Shown: positions 13,154 to 27,100 of the stretch, in pieces
Numbering within the stretch: position 1 is the stretch's first letter
Layout of the letters: the number at the start of each line of letters is the position of its first letter
Assembly (NCBI GenBank): GCA_001179505.1
Contig: CDMY01000282.1
Location: forward strand, 72,556-136,555
Source: Vitrella brassicaformis CCMP3155
Lineage: Eukaryota; Protista; Chromerida
Length of the DNA stretch: 64,000 nt
Direction: 5' to 3'
Program-made: the position numbers and the translations under genes
The notes under the pieces: generated by a model
The model's input: only the letters and a program-made list of their open reading frames with translations
Database searches by the model: none
What the model was told of the DNA's origin: nothing

Positions 13154-16100
13154 CACACCCCTGTGTGGGCGACAAGGCAATACCCATGCGTGTGTTGTCT
13201 TCTCACTCATTATATACTCAGGTGAACAATGACGCGCTTCAGAAAACGGTGGACGAGTACGTGACGGCGATAGCGGGGTGGAAGGAGTGCTGCGCCAAGC
13301 TGGAGAAGAACGGCGAGGAGATGATGGCCAAGGCCAACGCAGAGCTGCAGCGCGGCCAGACCATGCTCGACGACCTCGCGGAAAAACACAACACCGTCAT
13401 GGTCAGAGATAGATAGACCACACACACACACACACACACAGTCAAGGACGTTCGTGACTCTCTTCTCTGTGTGTGTGTGTGTGTGTGTGCACAGAGGGAG
13501 TACAATCAGCTCAAGGCCGAGACTGACGCAACGGTCGAAACCGAGCGTGACAAGATCCGCACCGAGGCCACGGAGAAGATCCAAGAGCTGACTGAGTTGT
13601 TCAAGAACCAACTCGTCCAGAGAAATGAGGTCCACCCACCACGCCATACATACAACACACATACCGACACTCCCTGCCTGCCTGTGCGTCGCGTCGCTTG
13701 CTCATCTCATCTGCCCCCTCCTTTCTCTCTGTCTGCAGACAATTGCCCACTGGCAATCGGTTTCTCGTGAGCGTGAGGAGCAGCTGACGGCCGTCACCCA
13801 GCAGCTCGACACAGCGCGTCAGGAGCAGCAGCAGCTCCGCAGCAGTCTGCAGGCGTACGAGTCGACCATCGAGCAGACCAAGGCCCGCGAGTGCCAGTTA
13901 CTGCAGGAGATGCACCAGATCCAGGAGACGCAGCGCACACACGATGCCTCCTTCGAGTCATTCCAGCGGAAAGAGGACGAGTTGCAGCGCCAGCTGCAGA
14001 CAAACAAGGCCGAGATGCAGCGTCTCGAGAGCCTCTGCGAGCAGCAGAAGGTGGAGATCGTCCAGTACCAGGCCCAGATTGACGCCTACCGCCAGGAGCA
14101 CGACCGCCAGAAGGGCGAATGGGAGGCGGCCGTGGAGAGCCACGCAGCCGAGGTGCGGTCATTGCAGCGGGCGGTAGAAGACAAGGAGCAGCAGTGGCGT
14201 GAGACCATGCAGGGCGACATCGACAGCCGCACACGGTCCTTTGAGGACCAGCTCACCGCCCTCCACCAGGAACTGGCAGCGTCTCGCGAGCTCACCGAGG
14301 CCAAACAGAAGCAGGTTGGTGCGTGGGGAGGGAGGGTGGAGCGGGGCGGGCCTTCCTAGGCAGGCGGTGAGGTGAGAGAGGAGAGTGAGGTAGCTGAGCT
14401 GGTAGATAGGTAGCTAGCGCCTCTTTACCAATTTCTCGAGGCAGCCAACCCTCAGGGATCAAATGGCCCGAGGCGCAGACAGACGTTGAGTTGAGCGGGC
14501 CCCTGTCTTCCCGAGCGGGGCTGGATGCTTTGCGAGGCACACGCCCCTGTCGGATGTTCATGAGGGTCACATCACACCCAGACAGACAGACAGACAGACA
14601 GGACAGGCGGCCATGCTTGCTGCACGGATCCATCTCCCCCTGATATATCTGTGTCATTGTGTTTATCTACCCCTCTCTCTCTGTGCCTGATGTTTCTGAT
14701 GTGTCTGGTGTGTGTGTGCAGTTGGAGGAAGCCCACACGGCCATGCAGCTCCGTGAGGGCGAGGCCACCGCTCTGCTCCAGGAGACCGAGAAGCGGATGC
14801 AGGCCGCCAACGACGAGCTGTCCGAAGCCCTCAACGCACAGATGTCCTTAGCGCAGTACTACCGTGAGTTGGCCGACAGCGAGCTGCCAGCCGTCAAGGA
14901 CGACAGGGAGGCAATCAAACGGCGACTCGCCAACCTCACTGGTGGGTGAGGTGCATGGGCACCCACATACCATCCATCCCCTGGTTGGTTGGTCCGTCTT
15001 CAAATCTGTGGTGCTTGCGTGTCCGTGTGTCCGCTCGATGGATCGATCAGCTGCCGTGACAGAGTTCATCAACGGGACGGGCCTCTCCATCCTCCCGTCC
15101 GGCCACGCCGCCACCCAACCGTCCCCCGCGTCGACCAAGACCAAGACCACCGAGACGGCTCCCTCATTCGACACGCCACCCGCTCCATCATCCAGCAGCG
15201 CGCCGTCATCTGCGTCACGCCGTGACGTCGCCGAACTGTTCGGTGGCGGCGGCGATGCGGACAGCCATGGCTTCGACGGCGGCGACAGCGGCTGGGACAT
15301 CGGCTTCGACCCCACCCCATCGCCCCCACCGCCAGGGCTGGAGCAGCCACCAGTGGCCGGCGGCGCGCCGCAGGCCACCGAGGGGCTGACGGACGAGCAC
15401 CTTATTGCAGAGCTCAAGAAGGTGGGCGGGGCGGGGTGGGGCGTGAAGCGCGGAAGACCCTATATGGCGAGTCATTGTTCTCTCTGTGTGTGTGTGCTTT
15501 GGTGTCGGTCAGGTGCTTTCGCATTATCTGGAGGTCACTGCTGCTTCGAAGGTGAGAGGGGTGGCTAGTCGGAGTGGGCAGTTCAGCAGTGAGGGCGGCA
15601 GGGAGAGAGGGGGGGAGGCTCTGATGAAGGATTTCTATCCCAAAACCTTTTAACTCTGCTGAATCTATCATTGTTGACCTCTTTGCAATAACCTGAGCCT
15701 AGCCGCTGCATGCAGTCTTGTGCTACTTGTGTGACTCTGTGTGTGTGTGTGTGTGCCGATTCCTCAATTGTCCTGCTGTGTGTGGCTCTATTGTGCAGGA
15801 TGCCCAGCAGCTGGCAGAGCAGGCGCAGACACAAGGGCAGCGTGAGCAGCTGGTGAGTGATCCGATCCACAACACCACCCTTCGTCAAGCAGATCAGTGT
15901 GTGTCTGTCTTTTTCCTTTCTCTCTCTCTGTGTGTATGTTTCAGGAGCTTATCGAGGCAATGCGGCAGGACATCGTGGCCAAGGAGCAGCAGCTCGCCAC
16001 CCTCGGCTCTGAGCTAGAGGCCGCACGAGACAGGGAGGCCTCCCTCAGACAGGACCTCCACAACCGCATACAGGTGCTCCCTCCCGCCAAACCCCACCCT

Positions 16101-18419
16101 TCCCCACCTCATCTTGAGTGTGTGTTTGCACCACCACGTTGTCATGTCATGTGCAGAGTCTGGAGAGTGAGCACCGGGAGAACGGCGACCTGCGCGCGCA
16201 GCTGGAGATGGTGCGGCAGCACTACGACGAGCTGCACGCCAAGGCGTCGCAGCTGGACGGCGTGGACGCGACGGTGCGGCAGCTGCGGGAGGAGCTGCAC
16301 ACCAAGGAGGGCGAGATAGAGATACTCAAGAATGTGGACGAGGACATGCGCCGGCAGATCGCTGACAACCTCTCGCGCGTTGTGGTATGTATGCATGTGA
16401 CGGACTGACTGACTGACAACCTCTCTCGGCGGTGGAGCGGTAGTGGATGAATGTATGTGTTTGTGGGTCTGTCTGCCTTTGTCATGTCAGGAGTTTGAGC
16501 GGCTCGAGGCAGAGAACCGGGCCCAGAAGGAGCGACTCGTACGCAACGACAGACAGATAGACAGACACCCAGGCAGACAGACAGACGGACTCATCCATCC
16601 ATCCATCCATGTGTGTGTGTGTGTGTGTGCGTTTGTCAGGACTACCTCGAGTCCCGAGCGTTTGACGAGGGCCGTTTCAGCGACGACCTGCAGGCCAAGG
16701 ACCAGCGCATCACGGCCCTCACCAACGAGCTGCAGAAACTGAGGGACGACGAGGCCATGCACAGAGAGGAGACGCAGGGGCGACTCAACCAACTCCAGGT
16801 AGGTGTGTGGGGTGGGGGCTGATTGATGGAAGCTGGACACAGGAATGAATGGCTCCAGCTTAACGATTTCTCTCTCTCTGTTGTCTTTGTCTGTGTCTGT
16901 GTGCAGAAAGAGTTGTCCGAGTCCATCACCAACTGCACTCGGCTGCAGGAGGAGAACAACCGCATCCGGCTGGACCTAGAGAGGACGCAACACGACCTCG
17001 CCACCAGCCACGAGAACATGGCCACGGGAGTCGAAGACGTTGACAAAATGCACGCAGCCCTCGTGGTCAGAGAGTGACGGAGGGAGGGAGAGAGGACCAC
17101 AGATGCTTGGGTGGATCGCCATGTCATGTTCTGCCTGCGTGTGCAGGAGGAGAACGGTCGGCTGCTGCGTGAGGTGGACATTCACAAGGAGGCGGCGGAC
17201 GAGGCCGCACAAAAAGTCGACGTCCTCCAAACCGAATGCGCCACCCTCAAGGAGGAGCTCGACAAGTGAGAGAAGCGCACACGCACACACACAGCACCTC
17301 TGATGTCCGTTGATCGACCGACCACAATTATCCGTGTGTGTGCATGCCTGCCTGCAGGTCTCGAGAGCGCGAAGCGGCCATCGTTGAGCTGCAGGCGGCT
17401 GTGTCGGAGAAGGACACGCAGATGGTAGAGATGAAGAAGGAGCTGGCGTACTTCCAGAAGCAGCTGCAAGACGCAGCCTTCCACCCGCCCCTCCCGCCAC
17501 CTCCCCAGTCCGGCACGCGACACCCTTCCCTCCCGCCCGTCACAGAGCTGCCCCACTATGGGCCGCCGCAGGAGCTCATGACCGACGGAAGCCCACGAGC
17601 GGCACCCATTTCTCGTAAGGAAACAACTACCACTGGCGGGAATCGTCGTGTCACTTTTGTGTGTGTGTGCGTGTGTGTGCGTGTGCAGATGACGTCCGTG
17701 TGTTGCAAGAACGGCTCAAATACGCTAACGAAGAAAAAGCACAGGTCAGTATCAGATGCAGCAAAGAAACGAGTGTCCCTCCCTCCCTCTCGCTGCCGGC
17801 AGCCGGCAGTTTTTATTTCGCATGCATCTCTCTGTATGTTGCCTGCCTGTGATCTGTCTGCAGATAGCCAAGGCCCTCCAGGAGGCGCTGGACAGCGTTT
17901 CGGCCGAGAACCAAGGACTGCGGCAGGAGAACAACACTTTGAAACAAATGGTACGTACGGATGCAGCCAGCCACACACGGACGGGTACACGACACCCCAC
18001 CCCCATGGAACCCCCGCGCAACAAATCCTGCGTCTCCTTCCTTGGTTGGTTGGTTCATTCAGTTGGGTGCTGCCCCTGGTGCTACCAGCGCCAGCTCATC
18101 TCAGCCGCTGCCCGAGCGGTACCCTGTCATCAGCACCGACGCCCTCCCCACCCACCTCGCCACGCCCCCAAGGCACATGCCATACACAGCGCAGTCGTCA
18201 TCCAGCGATCCAGGAGCCAGGGGCGTGCCGTCGCCACCCCCATCAGAGGGGGACGATACTGTCGAGACGGTCCCGTTGACGCCACTGGGTGGATCACCGA
18301 GGGCGGGTGCGGGTGCGGCGCCTCCAAAGAGCAGTGGGTGGTCGTTCTTCAGCCTCTTCCTGACGGAGAGCGACGAGCGGGCCATTGAGAGGGAGAGGGC
18401 ACGCAACCTAGAACTCTAG
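8544..18419 (+). CDS. Very large multi-exon protein: N-terminal Sec16-like motif module, Pro/Ser-rich disordered region, long golgin-like coiled coil
   Basis: ORFs 8544-9020, 9547-11559, 11581-12621, 13625-14359 and later E/Q/K/L-rich heptad exons joined by GT-AG introns. Ends GWSFFSLFLTESDERAIERERARNLEL-stop at 18419. Confidence 0.75.
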
Positions 18420-18829
18420 CCGAGCCATGCATCTCATCGACAGGGGCGGGAGGGTGACCTGTGGTGGGGCGGGGTGTGGTGTGCTTTGTCTCTCTCGCCT
18501 TTCCTACGTACGTATTGCCTGCGTCTAGCTAGTACTAGCTAGTGTGGAGGAATTCAATGTGTGCATTCAAAAATGTATCAGATTGTGTGTGGGTGTCGTT
18601 GGCTATGCCCGGCCTGCATCGCATCCATCGCACATATCGTGTGGGAACTGACTGACTCGTCATGTCATGGTCGGTCGCTGTGACGTTCGGTGTTGGTCCT
18701 TCAATCGACAACCAACTGAGTGAGTCTCTGCGAGTGTTTGCCATTCATCCATCCATTCATCATTCCATCCATTCATCCATTCGTCCATCAAACTTGCTCT
18801 CTCTGTTTTGTTTGCTCTCTGTGTGCTCT

Positions 18830-19560
18830 TCACGCGTTCTTGAAGTACTTGTTGGGCCAGCAGCCGGGATTGCCATTGACGAAGCCACAGGAGCACCCCT
18901 CCATGCAAGTGGCGCCGGGAGAGAACTCCTTGTTCTTTTTTGATGGAGGGATAGAGAAAGAAAGTCTTACAAGATTCTGAGATGCATGCGTGTGTCCGCG
19001 TTGTACCTACCGGCCCAACCACTTCGGAAGCAGCTGCTGACGAATGCGGGTGGGTCTAGCGTACGGCCGCACTCGGTGCCCGGCAGGCTCTCGTAGTCGA
19101 TGGGCACCTTGACGTCGTACCCTGTGTAGTCAATCGTGTCCACCCCTGGTTTGAAATGTCAACCAATCACAGCATGCACACACGGTGTCTCCCTCCCTCC
19201 CTCCGTGTGCAGGCGGATCATTCATACGTATACCGGGCATGGTCTTGCGAGCGGACTGCGGCAGCGCTGATGCAGCCTCGGGAACGACGGGCAGCTGCTG
19301 CGGCGCCTGCCTGGCCACCGGTGGGGGAGGTGCCTTCCTCTTGCTTGATCGCCCCACGCCGCCTCTTGTGAAGGTCACGCTAGGCAACGGTCCCTCAGTG
19401 GGTGCCGGCTGGCACAGCACCTGTGGCAATGGAAGCACCTCGGATGGCAGGCACAACCTGAGACGCCTGACTGACTTCCTATTGAGTCTTGTACCTCTAT
19501 GGTGCCGCACGAGAGAAGGCAGGCCGCAAAGAGAACCAAGGCGGCAACAGAGGGGGCCAT
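18830..19560 (-). CDS. Small secreted protein (~150 aa) with a Cys-rich C-terminus
   Basis: Signal peptide MAPSVAALVLFAACLLSCG. A phase-consistent splice path gives GVDTIDYTGYDVKVPIDYESLPGTECGPASEVVGPNKEFSPGATCMEGCSCGFVNGNPGCWPNKYFKNA-stop. The model needs a 31-nt intron (19034-19064). Confidence 0.55.
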
Positions 19561-19675
19561 CTTCCCTCGGAGTTTCTCAGACCTATGGTACTACACAGTT
19601 CTCAAACTGCACTGGGGCTCTGTGATCTAAGTAGCTCGCAAAACTTTTTTCTCGCCGACCGATGCAATAGGACCG

Positions 19676-22600
19676 ATGGATGAGCCTCAAGGCGACACGG
19701 CATCGAAATGCCTCGCAAATCGCGTGCTCTGTCTCGAGCAGATGCGGCAGGGAGTCAGGAAGGCGACGCAAGCCACCGAGGGAGCGGCGCCGGCGCAGCA
19801 GAGGGAGTTCCTGGTGGATTTGGAGGTCGGCAAGGACAATGCCGTGGAGGTATGTACGTCAGATACATGACGCCAGATCCATCGCTGACAGACAGATGTT
19901 GTTGTGACTTGTGTTGTTTGTGCATTCTCCTTTTCCCTCGTCTGCTTGCAGAGCTTCCCCATGGGTGAGGAGGACTTTCTGTTGCTTATCGGTCTGCTCA
20001 ACTCCTCCGCCATCGCTCAAGCCAACCGGTCCTTCGGCAAGCTGGCGGCAAGGCTCGAGAGAGCCACGCTCGAAGGTGGGCCACGGCTGATACGGACAGC
20101 GTATACACGAGCCCTCCCTTCGCGCGTGTGTGTGTGTGTGTGTGTGGACTGGATTGTTTGTCCAGCCCTGGCCACACGCTTCTTGGCGGTGATGAAGCAG
20201 CAGGACATGCAGCTGTTCAGGGCCGTCCAACAAATGCATGACCAAGCCCAACAGCTCCAGCTTCTGCGGGACATCTCCAGCTGCCCATTCGCGCCCGCTC
20301 CGGACGGCTCTGGTGTGCCTCCACCAGAAGCCATTCATGCGGATGCCCCCAGATCATCTCGACGTGTTCCTGTCAGCCCGCGAGCATCCCCTGCTCAGCA
20401 GCATAATGCTGGAGTGCAGCCGGCGCCGGTGCACCAGCCGGCTCCTGTGCGACAGCCATCGCCACACGCGGCCACCAGAGTCCATGACACACCGGCTCGC
20501 GCAGCACCACCTGCTACTGCTACTGCTACTGTTCCTGCGGAGGAGTTTGCTGATGAGACGGTGGAGCGCATGGTGGAGCCACTCCATCCGCGTGGCCTTC
20601 CCCCGGATGTGACTGACGACGCCATACACAAAGTGGGGCTGGGCCGACAGCTGACGCCGCCAACGAGGTTCCCACCCAGGCCGCCAACCAGGGACGCGCA
20701 GACGATGCCGACGATGGCACAGACGGCGCCCGAAGAGCTGCCGCGGTCTGGCAGAGGGGAGGGGAGGGGACGAGGAGTGACGTCCGGGACCATTGGTGGT
20801 GGTGCTGATGGGCGGGGCAGAAGACGGGGGCATGCGGACCCATCGCAGGGCACGCTGCAGGGTCAGAAGATCAAAAGAGCGGATCCATGGCGTGTTGGTT
20901 GATGCGCAAGTCCGTTCCCCTCTCTCTCATTCGATCCGCAGGTGAGGATTTGACTCCCGCCGAGTTGTTGACGCAGGTGCTCCAGCAGAAGCGGCCCACC
21001 CAGGAGCCACCACACCCACCTGCGAAGGTGGCACCCTCAGCCCGTGAGCTCGGCGCGGAGCTGCTGCGGGATGCATTCAGCTACCTCGACAGCAAGACCT
21101 CCGCCACCCCTCCCTCTGGATCCCGCCCACCCAAACGCAGACCCTCCCCCAAGCCAAAGCCGCCCGCCTCCCCGCCCGTCTACCCAGTCATCCCAAGGGA
21201 GCCGGGCGATCCCCCATCGCCAAACTATCTCGACCTCTCTCATTTCCCACCCAAAGGACCGTCGGCAGGCTTCGGCAGCCGACCCCATGGGGGGATGCAC
21301 CCCAAGCCCTTCGACGCCAGCTGTCCGCCGATGACTTATTTCTCGGTGCCGGTGCCGGCGGCGAAGGACGGCGGGGGTGTCGGGGAGAGGGCGGGTAGGG
21401 GTGGTGTGACAAGGAGCAAGGAGGAGGTGGATGGGGCGTTTGAGCGGCTAGCGAGGGAAGCAAAGGAGTACACAAAGAGAAGGAAGGTGGGTTTTTAGGG
21501 TTTAGGGGCTTTAGGGTTTAGGGTTTAGGGGCACACAGACAGATGGACAGCATGGGGGGCGCTTCTCCCTGTGTGGATGTGTGTAGGTGTATGACGAGCT
21601 CGGGCTCATGCTCCAAGACGCCTACATTCAGCAGGTCAGCCAGCCACCAGGATGCAATGCGCATATGCATATCGATGTGTGATGCTTTCTTGCGTCTATA
21701 TATGCATGGCCGCGGTGGGCAGACGTGTCCATTCCGGCCTCAGCTCGTGACCGCGCCAGAGAGCCGGAGCGTGTCGTTCAGAAGCGGTAGGTAGGAGCAA
21801 CCAACCCCTCCCTCCCCCCTTCCCTCCACGCAGACAGACAGACAGACAGACGTATGATTGACCTGATGTCGCTCCTGTGTTGTGTTGTGTGTGATCCATG
21901 CCCTGCAGGTCCTGTCCTGTCCGGTGCGCCTGCCAGTGATCGGCTGTACGGTTCACGTCTGCTTAGGCAGGAGAGAAGCAGGGTACGCTATGCACACACA
22001 CCCTGAAATGGAATGGAACGGAGTGTGTCATTCATGCCGGTCGGTCGATCAGATGCTGGCAGCCCAGGAGTCGCAGAAGCACCCCTTCCACCCCGTCACA
22101 CACTCGGCAAGGAGACCCCAGGTAACTAAGACGATGGATGATCGATATGCCGGCCGCATCACCGGCATTTGCTATCTGTGGCTGGATTGATGGACGCAGG
22201 GCGACTCTGGGTCGACATTCGAGCGGCTTTACCGGGATCATCGGGAGCGGCGCGTCAGGAAACAGAGGAGGTGTCGGCAGCTCTTCACCGTGTACGAGCC
22301 AGAGTGCACCTTTCAACCCGACACTTCAAAAAGCAAAAGGTGAGTGAGTGAGTGGGTAAGGAAGTGACAATGCGACAACAAGACAACACAACCACCCTAT
22401 CTCTATCTGACTCTGATTAACACATATTCCCCCCCTCTGCTGCTTGACCTTTGACCTGTCAGCTCCGTGCGCATGTCCCTGTCGGCCGACCGCTCCCCCC
22501 ACCCCGGCAGCAGCAGCGGCACCGGCAGCGGCATCTACGTCCATGATCTTGACCTCCTCACCTCCAGCCACCCCCTGTATGCGGCCCCCTGCTTCACGGG

Positions 22601-23882
22601 CCATGACGGCACCCTCTACGCGGCCTACACAACCACACCCACACCGCCGCCAGTCGGCATGACCGCTGCTGATGAGGCCGAGAAGTTGCCTCCCGCACCC
22701 CGTTCCCCTGCCCGTGTCCCAGCTGCTGGGCACACCGACGCACACACACACGCACACGGACATGCACACCCATCTGAGACCGACAAAAGGCCACCAGCAA
22801 CAGGGAGGGAGGAGAGGATGAAAACCGCATCTGCTTCGGCCGGTCGGCCGGCGCGTAAGCGTGGTGACGGCGAGAGGGGTGGCGGCGGTGGCGGTGTGGA
22901 CGAGGACAGCCGGGCGGCTGGTGGTGCCAGCAGGGGGTATCTGGACGACCACCTGACCTTCTCCGTGGAGGAGAAGGCGCATGCACAGCGGGCAGAGAGG
23001 GGAGAAAGGGCTGGGGCCTGCTTCTCGTGGTCTCCTCCGTCTCCCCCGCACACAAGGTATGAAATATATTCCCGTGAGAGGCTCACTCAATAGCTCATGC
23101 ATGCACACGTGCATCTATCTGGCCGGTTGGTTGGTTGCAGCACATCCCCGTCGTGTGGGCTCGGTGGCAGTGTGTGTGGAAAGCCCCGGCCAAGAGGCGC
23201 TGGCACAGTCGACCCCGCACCGTCGCCACCAGCATCGAGTAGCCCAGAAAAGGTAAGGAAGCAACAGCGGCAGCAAGCAATGTCTGTCCATGTGCACGGC
23301 TTCCTTTCTTCATGCCTGTCTGTCTGTCTGTCTGTCTGTTGTGTGCATCAGGGGCCATCCGCCTTCTCCTCCCCCATCCTCTCCATGTCAACCACCCGCA
23401 CACCGTTGCCATACGGCGTGTCGCCCTCCCACCGTCAGCATCACCAACAGCAGCAGCAGCAGCAGCAGCCGGCAATGGTTGCCTCGTCTGCTCATCGTGG
23501 CACGTGGGGCGGGACGGTAATGCGTGAGGGTGCGAGGATAGAGCAGCGTGCTGACACGTCGGATATGAGTGAAGAGGCAGCGCCGGCATGCAGGTGGGGG
23601 GAAGGACGGAGAGAGAGGAGAGTGTGTCATCTTCGCGGGCGTGTGTGTGTGTGTGTGTTCAGGAGCGCTTGTGGGCTGCCCATGGATTTGGTGGATATCG
23701 TCCGCACGCTCACTTGCCGGGTGAGAGAGAGAGTAGGCTCGTCAGTCGGAGCGCTCATTTTATCCGCGCCCGTGCTGATGGCTGGATGGATGTGTGGGTG
23801 CCGTGCAGACGTCCCCATCGCAAAGCGCCTCTTCCCTGACACATCTGCACAAGCCCGGCCGCAATTAGCTAGTCATGTATGA
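19676..23882 (+). CDS. Uncharacterised multi-exon protein with a helical N-terminus, Pro-rich middle and spaced CxFxP-type motifs
   Basis: ORFs 19676-19870, 19904-20902, 20887-21498, 22467-23093 and 23097-23882 with GT-AG boundaries. Motifs TCPFRPQL, KHPFHPVT, ECTFQPDT. Confidence 0.55.
21494..21530 (+). repeat. Five TTTAGGG telomere-type repeats inside an intron
   Basis: Sequence tttaggg tttaggg gc tttaggg tttaggg tttaggg, starting just after the GTGGGT donor at 21487. Confidence 0.85.
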
Positions 23883-24169
23883 GATGAGATGAGATGTGCT
23901 GTGTGTGTGTGTGGGTGGGGGTGGGGGGAGGGGAAGGGGACAGCGACCTATCGACATTGCTGTGTGTGTGTTGTCCATCCCCGGCCGGCTCTTCATTTGT
24001 TGAGTGACTCATGTGATGATGCACATACCTACCATACGTGTCTGTCTGTCGACGTGTGTGTAACATGATTACCGACAGATAAACAAACGGGATTGTCCCA
24101 CACACAGAAAAAGACGCGCCGTCATGAACTGCCACGTCTCCCTCCCTCCCTTGCTAACACTCTCTCCAT

Positions 24170-27100
24170 TCATTCGTCCGGCAGCTGAGTGTGCCATTCA
24201 CTGGACACGAACCGCCTGTATCTAGGCTTGTCTCGCATCAAGTCTTCATGCCTCCCAGCCGTCATCTCGCCGTTCCTGTCGAAGAACAACACATTGTCCG
24301 CCTTCTTGACCGTCTGACCACAGCACCCACACACAGACATAACAGACATAAACGAACGACACACACAATCGTCCAGACCACCCACATGCTCACCTCCAGC
24401 CGATGTGTGATCATCAGCACTGTTGTGCTGTTCCGCCGCCTCAGCTCCTCAAGCGCGTCAGCCACCGCCCGCTCGCTCTCCGTGTCAAGAGAGGCCGTCG
24501 GCTCGTCCAGCACCAGCAGACAGGGGTCCCTCGACAGGGCCCTTGCAAGGGCCAGCCGCTGCTTCTGCCCCCCACTCAGGCGGCCGCCTCGCTCGCCGCA
24601 CACGGTGGCGTATTGGTAGGGGAGTCTCTGGATGAACTCGTGTGCGTGGGCTGCCTTGGCGGCGCGGCGGACGTTGGCACTCGAGTCGGATGTCGATGCC
24701 GATGAGAGGCCGTAGCAGATGTTCTCGTGCACAGTGCTGCAGTGCAGTGCAGTGCATGGTGGCCATGCCATGACATGCATCATTGCAGACATTCGCAGAC
24801 AGACAGACAGATCAATGGGATGGGCGGTTGTCTGTCTGTCTGTCTCTCTGTCTGGGTGGTGGTCTCACTCACCGATTGAAGACGGCGGCCTCCTGCTCGA
24901 CATAGCCCACCTGCTGCCGCCACCAATGGACGTCCAGGTCCCCCAGCTCCTCACCGTCCACCATGATCGAGCCATTCTGCGGCTCGTAGAACCGCAGCAG
25001 GAAGGAGGCCAGTGTGCTCTTGCCCACGCCAGAGGGGCCAACAAGTGCCGTGAAGGACCCAGGAGGCAGCTCGAACGACACCCTGTCGATCGGCCCTGTG
25101 GCGGTGTCCTTGGCTGCGCCATTCACCTCGTTTGTCCTTCTGCCGGCGTTGGCAAGTGTGGCCGATTCCGCTGGGTATGCGAATGACACGTTGCAGTACT
25201 CGATGAGGGGCGGCTGTGTGAGGTGGGGGCGGAAGTTGTCGGCCATTGCAACCGCGTCAGAAACACTGTCCTGGGCATCGCCGATGTTTGGTTTTCTGTC
25301 GACGAGCTCGAAGTACCTCTGGGAGGCCCGGCGAGAGGTGGCGATCGATTGGTACATGTCGGCCAGCTTCTCGATGCCTGGTCAAATCGGCAGGCAATGA
25401 ATCAATCGCACACGAATTGTGTGAGCCTGCTCTGTGGTTAGTGACTTACCTTCAGAGAATCTGGCGCAGTAGCCGCGGAAAGCCACGTACCTGAACATAG
25501 ATAGAAACAGCCAGCCAATATCGATTGCACTGCACAGGTCAGTCAGGCGCATCCATCGCATGCGCTTACCTCCCAATAGTGAGCTGGCCATGCACCGTCA
25601 GCCACATACCTGCAGCCCAGCCACAGACAGGTAGACAGACACATGAGACGACCGACACGCATGGACCGGATGTTGGCTCGCCGTCTGCCTGCGGGTTTCA
25701 TCGATCGCATCGATGGCTGGCTGACCCAAGATGAAGATGGAGTAGTCTGTGATGTGGTAGAGCAGCCTCCTGCCGTAGCGCAGGAAGGTCTCCCAGTAGA
25801 GGGTCTTGTAGATGACACGCAGGAAACCGTCGATGGCACGACCAAACAACTGCACGGCACGCAACCGCAGAGACTCACGTGTACGTCTATATCTGTGTGT
25901 GGTGTGGTATCTGCCGGCTTGCGCCCGTGTGGCTGGCTGGCTTCCTGACCTTCTTCTCGGTGGCTTCGCCGCCATTGGCCTGCACCGTGGGAATGGTCGA
26001 GAGCGCCTCATTGGCGACGGCCGAGCAGTGGGCCATGGCATCGTTCTGCTGCAGGCCATACTGGCCAACCTGCCTCGACGCGCGCCGCACCAGCACTACC
26101 AGCCTGACACACACGCAGACAGACACAGACCACAACGCCTTAATTGTCCGGTCCGTCGTGCCATCCATGTTGGCTGTCGGTCTTACTTACAGGGGCATTT
26201 CCAGCAAGGCAACACACGCCATCCGCCAGTCTGTTCTGAAGGTGAAGTACAGGCCGAGGATCGTGTTGAGAAAACCAGCAAGGACCTGCATGGGATGGAG
26301 GCAATCCACACACACAGGCGATGCGATGGAGAGAGGGAGGGCACCCGCCGATGGCTGCCATCGGCTGTGTCGGTCTCGTACATTCTCAGGCCCTTCGCTG
26401 AAGATCTTTTGCATTTCATCGGGATCCTGAGAGAGAGGCGCCAAGAAGGAAATCGATCACAAGCCCATTTACGAGCGACGCCCCCTCTCGCTCTTCTCGT
26501 TTGCTTACGTACCTTCACAAGCCGCGAATTAAGCGTCCCGACAGAGTGCGTCTTGAAGAAACTGACAAGACATCAGATCGATAAGATAACCCACGCGCAA
26601 CCGCAACAGTCAGTCGATCGGTATTGTCTCTCCAGGGACGTCTGTCTGTGGGCTAGGCTACTCACGTACCCCTGTTCCTGCCTAATTAAATTCCCAAACA
26701 GCTCCAGCCTCAGCCGTGCGCTCATGCGCCACTTGGCTAAGGCAAACAGAACACCCACAGCCACGTTCGAGCTGTACTCAAACAGACGCAGCCCAGCCAG
26801 CTTCAGAAACAAGGTCCGCAGGGGGGCAAAGGGGCCGAGGGCGAGGCTCATTTGGCCCGATGACGTTGTGATTGCTGCGGCGGCCACGTCCATGATTCGG
26901 CCGTAGACGTGTGCGCGGGCGAATGCGGAGAGGCTGACGCAGAGTGAGAGGACGAGGGCCGCTATCACCAGGCCCGGCTCTGCCTTATCCCACAGTTCAC
27001 TCATCAACCTGAGACACACATACACACAGACAGGCAGATTGACGGCGCACAACCACACATGAGTGCTTTGCGCACCTCTTGACCGTGACGGTCGCATCGG

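Noticed and set aside
21494-21530. True chromosome end
   Set aside because: Only five units, with the gene continuing on both sides.
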